A stretch of DNA of 46,686 nt from Candidatus Parcubacteria bacterium (GTDB lineage Bacteria > Patescibacteriota > Minisyncoccia > Minisyncoccales > S141-161), in the NCBI GenBank assembly GCA_027046565.1, contig JALTXW010000025.1, positions 1 through 46,686 on the forward strand. The letters are read 5' to 3'. The notes below the pieces were generated by a model, which did no database searches, had not been told where the DNA came from, and saw nothing but the letters and a program-made list of their open reading frames with translations. This document shows, one piece after another, positions 7,927-15,678 of the stretch; position 1 is the stretch's first letter; the number at the start of each line of letters is the position of its first letter. A program made the position numbers and the translations under genes.

Positions 7927-8835
7927 TTACTTTGTTTTAGCTAATTCTGACAAGGGGGGTCCAATTTTTACTAACCCAACTTTAGTTATCTCTAGAAGTC
8001 TTACTCTGGTATCGTGCCCTGCCATTCTACATCCATCTATCCTGAACAATCTTACCAAAGATCCTAATTCGGCTTTATATAAAGACATCTCATACCGGCT
8101 TGAAATTTCCTTTTTAACTAAAACTAAAGATCCATCAACTATGTGGCCTACTGCATATCCTCCTGCTGCTTCTGCAGTTAGCTCTTCGTGTCCTGATCTT
8201 TTTTGGGAGATAAATAAAGCAGTTTGGTGCCATTTTTTCATAAAGTTGTAGAGAGATCTAACTACTTGTCTTGCCATCATCTCTTTGGCTTCGTAAAGAC
8301 CGGTGATAGAATCTATTACTACCGATTTAGTATCGTATTTTTCAATAGCATAAGCTAAAGTATCTAATAAAGCCGGAATACTTTCTCTTAAAGTAGAGTT
8401 TGAAGCAGCGTCTATCACTACAATTGAGTTTTCGATCTTAGAAAACTTTATTCCTAAAGCTTCAGCTCTCATTTTGAGTCCGGAATAAAGAAAAGATGCA
8501 GGTTGTTCTACGGTAACAAAGCAAACTGGATAACCTAAGCTAGCTTGGGTTACTGCAAACTGTTCTGCCATTAAGCTTTTTCCAGTATCTGGAACTCCTG
8601 TAATATTGAAGACTCCGTAAGCTGGATATCCTCCTAAAGGGATAGTTTTTACTTTACCTTTCTCAAGCTTAGTAATAAAGAAAAGATCGTCTAAACCTTC
8701 TACTCCGGACTTAATTCCAAAAAGCTTAGGAGCTTTGCCTTTAAGCTCTTCTAGAGTGCTAACTTGTTCTACAAAAACATTTCTTTCTCTTTCTTCGGGA
8801 TCTTCTTGAAAGTTGGAAGGATTGGTTTTTGACAT
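7927..8835 (-). CDS. single-domain KaiC/RadA-like (RecA-superfamily) ATPase
   Basis: 302-aa ORF. SGVEGLDDL lead-in, Walker A GVPDTGKS, Walker B-like VVIDSIT, and a C-terminal RIDGCRMAGHDTRVRLLEIT that resembles the KaiC-domain end. Confidence 0.75.
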   Translation of the reverse strand: MSKTNPSNFQEDPEERERNVFVEQVSTLEELKGKAPKLFGIKSGVEGLDDLFFITKLEKGKVKTIPLGGYPAYGVFNITGVPDTGKSLMAEQFAVTQASLGYPVCFVTVEQPASFLYSGLKMRAEALGIKFSKIENSIVVIDAASNSTLRESIPALLDTLAYAIEKYDTKSVVIDSITGLYEAKEMMARQVVRSLYNFMKKWHQTALFISQKRSGHEELTAEAAGGYAVGHIVDGSLVLVKKEISSRYEMSLYKAELGSLVRLFRIDGCRMAGHDTRVRLLEITKVGLVKIGPPLSELAKTK

Positions 8836-8842
8836 AAAAATG

Positions 8843-8930
8843 CGGTGGGAGTGGGACTCGAACCCACAATCCGCCTTGCGGCGGACCCGGCTCTCCAGGC
8901 CGGTGCCTTACCAATTCGGCGCATCCCACC
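8843..8930 (-). tRNA. tRNA-Ser (anticodon GGA)
   Basis: 88-nt class II tRNA folded by hand. Acceptor GGTGGGA/TCCCACC, anticodon stem CCGGC/GCCGG with loop CTGGAGA, long variable arm, discriminator G. No CCA is encoded. Confidence 0.9.
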
Positions 8931-8939
8931 TCTAAAAAA

Positions 8940-8968
8940 ATTTTAACCCCTTTTTCTCAAGATTTCAA
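8940..8968 (-). promoter_or_regulatory. candidate promoter (TTGAAA-17-TAAAAT) driving tRNA-Ser and the genes behind it
   Basis: On the minus strand, TTGAAA (8963-8968) and TAAAAT (8940-8945) have a 17-nt spacer. The -10 box ends 9 nt before the mature tRNA 5' end. Confidence 0.5.
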
Positions 8969-8981
8969 CCTGGGAGCAAAA

Positions 8982-8999
8982 TTTTCACGATCGTGAAAA
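8982..8999. repeat. 18-bp perfect palindrome TTTTCACGATCGTGAAAA (operator or weak terminator)
   Basis: Read directly from the sequence. It lies between the folA stop and the tRNA-Ser promoter, centred about 25 bp upstream of the -35 box. Confidence 0.6.
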
Positions 9000-9061
9000 A
9001 ATTGTTACCTGAGAGTTTTATTTTGTTAAAGTTTTTATTTTTAATTTTTAATAATTTTTTT

Positions 9062-9559
9062 TCAATAATTTTTTCTTTGGAGAGTTAAAAACTTTAAAGG
9101 ATAGGGAGTTTCAGGATTAGGAGGTAAAGATTTAACTTTAACCACTTTCCACTCTTTTAAGTTAAATTGAGGGAAGAAGGTATCACCTTCAAACTCTTTT
9201 TCTATTAAGGTTAAGTGCATTCTTTGAGCTAAAGGTAAAAATTGCTTGTAAACTTGAGCTCCTCCTGCTATTATCGCTTCTTGGCCAAAATTTTTAGCTA
9301 TCTTTAAGGCTTCAGGAATAGAGGTGGCAACTAATAAGTTTTCTTTTTCGGGGAGATCTTTTTGCCAAGATAGGACAATATTTATTCTTTTGGGTAAAGG
9401 CTTTCCAATGGATTCAAAGGTTCTTCTTCCCATAATTACAGGTTTGCCTAAAGTTAAAATTTTAAATCTTTTCAGATCTGCAGGGATGTGCCAAGGCAAA
9501 GAATTATCTTTTCCAATTACCCAATTTTTGGCTATAGCCGCTACCAAAGTTATTATCAT
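9062..9559 (-). CDS. folA: dihydrofolate reductase
   Basis: 165 aa. N-terminus IITLVAAIAKNWVIGKDNSLPWHIPADLKRFK...GRRTFESIG is the canonical DHFR pattern. 4-nt overlap with thyA. Confidence 0.9.
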   Translation of the reverse strand: MIITLVAAIAKNWVIGKDNSLPWHIPADLKRFKILTLGKPVIMGRRTFESIGKPLPKRINIVLSWQKDLPEKENLLVATSIPEALKIAKNFGQEAIIAGGAQVYKQFLPLAQRMHLTLIEKEFEGDTFFPQFNLKEWKVVKVKSLPPNPETPYPLKFLTLQRKNY

Positions 9560-10479
9560 ACCGCCATTTCAGCTTTTAAGGGAGGATGATGTTTATAATT
9601 TTCTAAAGTAGCTACTTTGTCTAAAAGTTGATACACTTTCTTTTTGGCTATTTTTTCAGGATACTTTTCTTTAATCTTCTTAGCTTGATTAAAGATTTCT
9701 TCAATAAACTTGTCTAAATCTTCAATAGAGTTCATTTCAAAGAAGAGAGGATTTAACTTTAATTTTGGCAAGGGATAAGGTTTCCTTTTTAACTGCTCTT
9801 TAACTTGAGGAAAGTGATTGTGGTAAATGTGGCAATCTCCTAAAAAGTGAACAAATTCTTTAGGTTTTAGTTTGGTTAAGGCTGAAACTATATGCAAAAG
9901 CAAAGAATAAGAAGCAATGTTAAAAGGAACTCCTAAAAACATATCACAGCTTCTTTGAAACATAGCCAAAGAGAGCTCTTTAGTTTGAGGATTAACGAAA
10001 AATTGAAACAAGAGATGGCAAGGAGGAAGGCACATTTGATCTAACTCATCCGGTTTCCAGGCTAAAACTAAAATTCTTCTATCTTCAGGGTTGTTTTTAA
10101 TCTTTTCTATAGCTTCTTTGAGTTGGTCTATAGTCTTTTCCTTCCCTTGCCAGCTTCGCCATTGAACGCCGTAAATCCTTCCTGCTGAATCTTTATCTTT
10201 AGTTTTAGCTTGCCACTCTTTACTTTTAACATTTAAGTCCCAAATTGGGCAGTTTAACCAATGAAGCTTTTTAATATCTGATTCTCCTTTTAAAAACCAC
10301 AAAAGCTCAGCTAATACACTTTTGAAAGCTAACTTTTTAGTAGTTACAGCTGGAAAACCTTCTTCTAAGTTGAATCTTAAAACTTTCCCAAACAAAACCC
10401 TGGTTTTAATTCCAGTTCTATTTTCTTTGTCTACTCCTTTTTCTAAAATCTCTTTTAAAAGCTCTAAGTACTGCTTCAT
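9556..10479 (-). CDS. thyA: thymidylate synthase (ThyA type)
   Basis: MKQYLELL start, RTG, active-site LPPCH, QRSCDMFLGVPFNIASY, and a C-terminal HPPLKAEMAV. Confidence 0.95.
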   Translation of the reverse strand: MKQYLELLKEILEKGVDKENRTGIKTRVLFGKVLRFNLEEGFPAVTTKKLAFKSVLAELLWFLKGESDIKKLHWLNCPIWDLNVKSKEWQAKTKDKDSAGRIYGVQWRSWQGKEKTIDQLKEAIEKIKNNPEDRRILVLAWKPDELDQMCLPPCHLLFQFFVNPQTKELSLAMFQRSCDMFLGVPFNIASYSLLLHIVSALTKLKPKEFVHFLGDCHIYHNHFPQVKEQLKRKPYPLPKLKLNPLFFEMNSIEDLDKFIEEIFNQAKKIKEKYPEKIAKKKVYQLLDKVATLENYKHHPPLKAEMAV

Positions 10480-11816
10480 AGTTCAGGATAAATTGGAAAC
10501 TTTAAAGCTAACTCTTTAACTTTAAACTTTAGATCTTTTAGCTCTGGAATATTTTTAAGCTTAGCTTTTATTTCTTTTAAGCTTTCTTTAGGGTGATTGG
10601 GATAAAGCTTGAAGTTTTTAACTTTTTCTATCACTTTAGCAATTATCTTGCCAACTTCTTTGCTTTCTTTTTCTTGCATCTTTCTTGAAGTTATAGCGGG
10701 AGTGCCAATTCTCAAGCCCGAAGGAAAGAAAGGAGAAAAGGGTTCTTGAGGAATAGTGTTTTTGTTAGCGGTCAGTCCTATCTCTTCTAAAGCTTCTTGC
10801 AAGATAGAACCGAAACCAGGATTTTCTCTAAATTCTAAAACCATAAGATGGTTGTCGGTTCCATTAGTAACTAACTTTATTCCTTCTTCGATTAAAGTTT
10901 GAGCCAAAACTTTAGAATTTTTAATTATTTGAAAGCTATAATCTTTAAACTCTTTGCTTTGAGCTTCCTTTAGAGCTAAAGCTATAGCAAAGATAGTATT
11001 TTGGTGAGGTCCTCCTTGCAAACCTGGAAAGATGGCTTTGTTGATCTTTTTAGGAAGATCTTTATCTTTTTGGATTCCCCTTTCAGTGACTAAGATTAAA
11101 GCTCCCCGAGGCCCCCTTAAAGTTTTGTGAGTAGTTGTAGTGATGATATCTGCAAAAGGTACTGGAGAAGGATGGGCGCCAGCTACAACCAATCCTGCAA
11201 TATGAGAAATATCTGCCAAAAGATAAGCTCCAACTTTTTCTGCAATTTCTGAAAAGGCTTTAAAATCTAAGATTCGAGGGTAAGCTGTAGTCCCTACAAT
11301 TATGATTTTAGGCTTTTCTTTTTTAGCCAATTTTTCAACATAGTTGAGATCAAGAAAACCTTCAGAATCAACTTTGTAAGGGATGCTTTGAAACAATTTT
11401 GAGGTAAAAGAACTTTTGGCTCCATGAGTTAAGTGTCCTCCCGAATCTAAATCTAAACCCATTATCTTCTCTCCAGGTTCAATTAAAGCTAAGTAAACTG
11501 CCAGGTTGGCAGGGGATCCAGATAAAGCTTGAACATTAGCGAAAGGAACTTTGAACAAAGCTTTCGCTCTTTCTATAGCTAAAGTTTCTAACTCATCTAT
11601 AAATTGGTTACCAGCGTAATATCTTTTTTGAGGATAACCTTCAGCGTATTTGTTTCCAAAAACTGTAGCTTGGGCTAAAAGAACTTTTAAAGAAGGGTAA
11701 TTTTCAGAAGGAATTAGAGTTAAAGTTTCTTTTTGCCTTTTAAGTTCCTTTTGGTAAATTAAAAAAAGTTCTTCATCTTGAGCTAAAAAATTTTCTAAAA
11801 CTTCTTTTACTCCCAT
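10476..11816 (-). CDS. glyA: serine hydroxymethyltransferase
   Basis: 446 aa. PLP-lysine motif TTTTHKTLRGPRGA plus overall SHMT architecture. Confidence 0.95.
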   Translation of the reverse strand: MGVKEVLENFLAQDEELFLIYQKELKRQKETLTLIPSENYPSLKVLLAQATVFGNKYAEGYPQKRYYAGNQFIDELETLAIERAKALFKVPFANVQALSGSPANLAVYLALIEPGEKIMGLDLDSGGHLTHGAKSSFTSKLFQSIPYKVDSEGFLDLNYVEKLAKKEKPKIIIVGTTAYPRILDFKAFSEIAEKVGAYLLADISHIAGLVVAGAHPSPVPFADIITTTTHKTLRGPRGALILVTERGIQKDKDLPKKINKAIFPGLQGGPHQNTIFAIALALKEAQSKEFKDYSFQIIKNSKVLAQTLIEEGIKLVTNGTDNHLMVLEFRENPGFGSILQEALEEIGLTANKNTIPQEPFSPFFPSGLRIGTPAITSRKMQEKESKEVGKIIAKVIEKVKNFKLYPNHPKESLKEIKAKLKNIPELKDLKFKVKELALKFPIYPEL

Positions 11817-12832
11817 AAAGCTTTTTGTTCTTTAGCTTCGATTTGAAAGCCTAAGTGCTTGTAAGCTAAAGGGGTAGCCACTCTTCCTCTTGGAGTTCTT
11901 TGAACTAAACCTAATTTCAGCAAATAAGGTTCGATTACCTCTAAGATGGTATCTTCTTCTTGAGAAGTTGCTGCAGATAAAGTATTCAAGCCTACAGGTC
12001 CTCCTTTAAACTTTTCAATTATCACTTTTAAGATTTCTCGATCTAAAGGTTCCAATCCTAACTCATCTATTTGAAGCATCTCTAGAGCTTCTAAAGCTAT
12101 ATCTTTGGTGATTTTATTGATACCTTTTACCTGAGCTAAATCCCTAATTCTTTTTAAAAGGCGATTGGCTATTCTAGGAGTGAACCTTGATCTTTTAGCT
12201 ATTAATTTTAAAGCTGAATTTTCAGCTTTGATGTTTAAAACTTTGCTTGATCTTTCTAAAATTTTAACAATATCCTCAGGAGAGTAATAATCTAGCTGAA
12301 AGATAGCTCCGAATCTCGATCTTAAAGGAGAAGACAACAGAGCTGGTCTGGTGGTAGCACCAATTAAGGTAAATTTAGCTAAATCTAAAGATATAGTTTT
12401 TGCCATTGGCCCTTTGCCTAAAATTAAGTGAAGTTTATACTCTTCCATTGCAGGATAAAGATATTCTTCGATGGTTTTAGAAAGTCTATGACACTCATCG
12501 ATAAACAGAATTTCACCTTCCTTTAAGTTGGTAAGCAAAGCAGCTAAATCTCCAACCTTTTCTATAGCTGGAGCAGAGACAATCTTGATTTGAGTGTTGA
12601 GCTCTTTAGCTAAAAGGTAAGCTAAGGTAGTTTTGCCCACTCCTGGAGGGCCGTAAAAAAGTAAGTGATCTAAAGTTTCCTTTCTAATTTTTGAAGCTTC
12701 AATCATTACCTTAAGGTTTTCTTTTACCTTTTCTTGTCCAATATACTCTTCCCAACTTTTAGGCCTTAAAGCTACATCTAAAGAAGTCTCCTCTTTTAGA
12801 TGATTGAAAATTTGAGGCTTTACTCTTGACAT
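11807..12832 (-). CDS. ruvB: Holliday junction branch migration helicase RuvB
   Basis: 341 aa. LRPKSWEEYIGQEKVKENL, Walker A GPPGVGKTT, Walker B FIDECHRL, and a C-terminal winged-helix region. Confidence 0.95.
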   Translation of the reverse strand: MSRVKPQIFNHLKEETSLDVALRPKSWEEYIGQEKVKENLKVMIEASKIRKETLDHLLFYGPPGVGKTTLAYLLAKELNTQIKIVSAPAIEKVGDLAALLTNLKEGEILFIDECHRLSKTIEEYLYPAMEEYKLHLILGKGPMAKTISLDLAKFTLIGATTRPALLSSPLRSRFGAIFQLDYYSPEDIVKILERSSKVLNIKAENSALKLIAKRSRFTPRIANRLLKRIRDLAQVKGINKITKDIALEALEMLQIDELGLEPLDREILKVIIEKFKGGPVGLNTLSAATSQEEDTILEVIEPYLLKLGLVQRTPRGRVATPLAYKHLGFQIEAKEQKALWE

Positions 12833-12864
12833 ATTATTTTAATTTTGCTATTATTGGCTACACC

Positions 12865-12982
12865 AGCCCCTAAGGGCTAAAAAGTTTTGCCTCTCTTTAG
12901 CAACTGGGTGTCCTGGCGTTGAGCTGGGGCATACCTCGAGAGAGGCTAAAATTAAGGCTCTTTATTCAAACCCTTAGGGGCT
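12865..12982. repeat. GC-rich nested inverted repeat: candidate structured RNA, cis-regulatory leader or miniature palindromic element
   Basis: Outer 12-bp arms: AGCCCCTAAGGG (12865-12876) and CCCTTAGGGGCT (12971-12982). Inner 8-bp arms: GCCTCTCT (12889-12896) and AGAGAGGC (12939-12946). It is the only GC-rich intergenic stretch in the window. Strand and class are undetermined. Confidence 0.5.
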
Positions 12983-12984
12983 TT

Positions 12985-14295
12985 TTAAATTTCTATTGGT
13001 CCTGTAATCCTTTCTACCTCCTCTATTGTAGTAATTTTTTCTAGTACTTTTAAGATTCCATCTTGCTGTAAAGTTACCATTCCTTTCTTTTTAGCTGTTT
13101 CTCTCAAGACATTAATCGGGGGGGAGGTTAAGATGAGTTGTTCGATTTCTTCATCTACTAAAAAAGCTTCAAAGATTCCTATTCTACCTCGGTAGCCTGT
13201 ATGATTACATTCTTTACACCCTTTAGGTTTTTTAAGTTTTAAGTTTTTCAAATCTGGTTTAGGAAAACTTGGAGGTAAATCAGAGATAACTTTTTTAATC
13301 TTTTTAAGCTCTATTTCTTCTGGGTCTTTTAATTTAGAACATTTTTTACAAACTCTTCTTACTAACCTTTGAGCTACCGCCATATTTAAAGCTGGAGCTA
13401 TGTTTACAGGTTTTTCTCCCAAAGCTTGAAGCCTAGCTACCGTTCCAGCTGAATCGTTAGTATGTAAAGTAGTTAAAACTAAGTGGCCAGTTAGAGCTGC
13501 TTGAAGGGCAATTTGAGCAGTTTCTAAATCTCTAATTTCTCCTACTAAAATTACATCTGGATCTTGCCTTACAATGGCTCTTAATCCATTTGCAAAATCA
13601 TAACCTCTTTTAGGATCTACTTGAGTTTGGACAACTCCTTCCAAGTGGTACTCTATGGGGTCCTCGATAGTAATTATTTTTATTTCTGGGCTTTTGAGCT
13701 CTGTTAAGATTGCATATAAAGTGGTGGTTTTTCCTGATCCAGTGGGTCCGGTTAAAATTATCATTCCGTTTGGTTTTCTAATTTCTCTTTTGAATATTTC
13801 CAGGAGGTCTTTTCTTAATCCAAGTTCTTCCAAGTTCAATAAGCTCCGTGGATCTAAGAGTCTCATTACAATAGTTTCTCCATATTCTGCAGGGATATCT
13901 GAAGTTCTAACTTCAATTTCTATACCTTCAAACGATATAGTAAACCTTCCGTCTTGAGGTCTGTCTGTGATGTTGAGCTTTAATTTAGCTAAAAACTTTA
14001 TTCTAGAAACCAAGCTATGATATAAACTTTTAGGGAAGGCTAAAACTTCTTGCAATATTCCATCGATTCTCACTCTTAGTAAAGCATCAGTTTCTTTAGG
14101 TTCAATATGGATATCTGAGGCTCTTAATTTAATTGCTCCTCCTAAGATAATCTCGCTCAAAAAAGTTATACTTTTGTGAAAAGAAAGTTTAATAGCTTTT
14201 CTATAATCCTCCACCGATAAGACTTTGTCTAAGATTCTTAAAGCTTCAAAATCTTCTATCTTTACTACTTCAGAGACTTTGTGGTAATAAGGCAT
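12985..14295 (-). CDS. PilB/GspE-family type II/IV secretion (type IV pilus assembly) ATPase
   Basis: 436 aa. Walker A GPTGSGKTT, Asp/His boxes, and a tetracysteine motif CKKC...CKECNHTGYRGR. Confidence 0.85.
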   Translation of the reverse strand: MPYYHKVSEVVKIEDFEALRILDKVLSVEDYRKAIKLSFHKSITFLSEIILGGAIKLRASDIHIEPKETDALLRVRIDGILQEVLAFPKSLYHSLVSRIKFLAKLKLNITDRPQDGRFTISFEGIEIEVRTSDIPAEYGETIVMRLLDPRSLLNLEELGLRKDLLEIFKREIRKPNGMIILTGPTGSGKTTTLYAILTELKSPEIKIITIEDPIEYHLEGVVQTQVDPKRGYDFANGLRAIVRQDPDVILVGEIRDLETAQIALQAALTGHLVLTTLHTNDSAGTVARLQALGEKPVNIAPALNMAVAQRLVRRVCKKCSKLKDPEEIELKKIKKVISDLPPSFPKPDLKNLKLKKPKGCKECNHTGYRGRIGIFEAFLVDEEIEQLILTSPPINVLRETAKKKGMVTLQQDGILKVLEKITTIEEVERITGPIEI

Positions 14296-14298
14296 AAA

Positions 14299-14787
14299 AT
14301 GGATTTTTATTTAAACTTTATGTCAATTTTGCCTCAATTTCAAACTAAAACCTATTCTCCTTTAGAAACTCAAAAATTAGCTAAAGCTTTAGCTCAAGAG
14401 ATAAAAGAGTCTCAGCTTTTTAATCTGCCTTTAGTTTTTTCTTTAGAAGGTGAAATTGGATCAGGGAAGACTACCTTTATTCAAGGATTGGCTAAAGGTT
14501 TTGGAGTAAAAGAAAAGATTAAAAGCCCCACTTTTTTGATTATGCAAAGATACAGAGCTGCAGGAGGAAAGAATTTTTTTCACTTTGATTTTTATCGTGT
14601 CTCTTGGGAAAAGGATCTTGCTTTTGTAAAATTTAAAGAAATCTTAAAGTCTTCTCAGAGCATAGTTGCTATAGAATGGGCTAAAAGATTGAGAAGAAGT
14701 TTACCTTCAGAAAGAATAGATATTACTTTTGAAGTTTTGGATTTAAATTTAAGAAAAATTAAAGTCAAATCTTTTTATGCTCTTTAA
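14299..14787 (+). CDS. tsaE: tRNA t6A biosynthesis ATPase TsaE (YjeE)
   Basis: GEIGSGKTTFIQGLAKGFGV...SPTF motif. The start is uncertain: in-frame candidates at 14281, 14299 and 14320, and a TAAAAT at 14295-14300 would favour 14320. Confidence 0.8.
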   Translation: MDFYLNFMSILPQFQTKTYSPLETQKLAKALAQEIKESQLFNLPLVFSLEGEIGSGKTTFIQGLAKGFGVKEKIKSPTFLIMQRYRAAGGKNFFHFDFYRVSWEKDLAFVKFKEILKSSQSIVAIEWAKRLRRSLPSERIDITFEVLDLNLRKIKVKSFYAL

Positions 14788-15667
14788 GAGCAACTTGCTT
14801 TTACTCTTAGATTCTAACTCAATTTTGCATAGAGCCTTTCACGCTTTACCTCCTCTTTTCAATAGCAAAGGAGAACCTACTCAGGCTATTTATGGGGGAT
14901 TGAGAATAGTTTTTAAAGTTTTGAAAGAGTTTAGTCCTAAATACTTAGCATCTGCTTTTGATTTGCCAGTCCCGACTTTTAGAGAAGAGATGTTTAAAGA
15001 ATACAAAGCTCAAAGACCTAAGACACCAAAAGAGTTAACTTTTCAAATTGAAAAATTCAAAGAAGTTTTAAAAGCTTTTTCTATCCCAGTTTACCAAAAG
15101 TCTGGATTTGAAGCAGATGATGTCATAGCCACTATCTCTGATCTATCTTTAAAAGAAAATCCCAACCTTAGAGTTATAATTGTGTCTGGAGATTTAGATC
15201 TTCTTCAGTTAGTATCTGAAAAGATTCAAGTTTACACTTTTAAAAAAGGAGTTAAAGAAGAAGTTATCTATGATTTAGATAGGATAAAAGAGAGATTTGG
15301 GCTTGAGCCTTGGCAGTTAGTAGATTTTAAAGCGTTAAAAGGAGATGTTTCCGATAATGTACCTGGAGTTAAAGGGATTGGAGAAAAGACCGCTAAACAG
15401 CTTTTAGCTAAGTTTGGCTCGTTGGAAGGGATTTATCAAAATTTAGAGTCAGCTTTAAAAGAAAGGATTATTACTTTAAAGCAATACCAATCTTTAAAAG
15501 CAAACAAAGATCAAGCTTTTTTTAATAAAGAGCTTTTGGAGGTAAAGAGAAATTTGGAGCTAAATTTTAAGTTGGAAGATTGTAGTTGGGAAAGCTACAA
15601 TAAAAAAGAAGCATTCTCGATATTAAAGGAGCTAGAATTCAAAAGTTTGCTTTCTAAGCTCCCTTAA
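14777..15667 (+). CDS. stand-alone 5'-3' exonuclease (Pol I N-terminal / FEN-like domain)
   Basis: 296 aa. Acidic PIN-like N-domain (EADDVIAT, GDLDLLQL) and an H3TH motif DNVPGVKGIGEKTAKQLL. No polymerase domain. Confidence 0.85.
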   Translation: MLFKSNLLLLLDSNSILHRAFHALPPLFNSKGEPTQAIYGGLRIVFKVLKEFSPKYLASAFDLPVPTFREEMFKEYKAQRPKTPKELTFQIEKFKEVLKAFSIPVYQKSGFEADDVIATISDLSLKENPNLRVIIVSGDLDLLQLVSEKIQVYTFKKGVKEEVIYDLDRIKERFGLEPWQLVDFKALKGDVSDNVPGVKGIGEKTAKQLLAKFGSLEGIYQNLESALKERIITLKQYQSLKANKDQAFFNKELLEVKRNLELNFKLEDCSWESYNKKEAFSILKELEFKSLLSKLP

Positions 15668-15678
15668 GTTTTAAAAAG

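Noticed and set aside
12865-12982. Naming the structured intergenic element as SRP (4.5S) RNA, a ZTP/pfl riboswitch or a THF riboswitch.
   Set aside because: I compared both strands by eye with the consensus elements I remember: GGAA-capped helix 8 with AGCA for SRP; GACUGGCG, CCGGGGAGC and CGCCUGGGCA for ZTP; and the THF core. Only partial, wrong-strand resemblances appeared (CUGGCG and CUGGGGCA on the plus strand). The class is left open pending a covariance-model search.
14281-14298. The track start of tsaE at 14281 (overlapping the divergent PilB-like start), and likewise the track start of the GT2 gene at 39415.
   Set aside because: The extra N-terminal residues (MVIRHK..., MLFVINLSF...) precede in-frame ATGs that give N-termini of more typical length, and they create unnecessary overlaps. 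The true starts remain uncertain without comparative or proteomic data.
14200-14400. Strand-switch point (divergent PilB-like/tsaE genes) as a possible replication origin.
   Set aside because: There is no dnaA or dnaN gene nearby. I noticed no cluster of DnaA-box-like 9-mers or an extended AT-rich unwinding region. The intergenic space is essentially zero.
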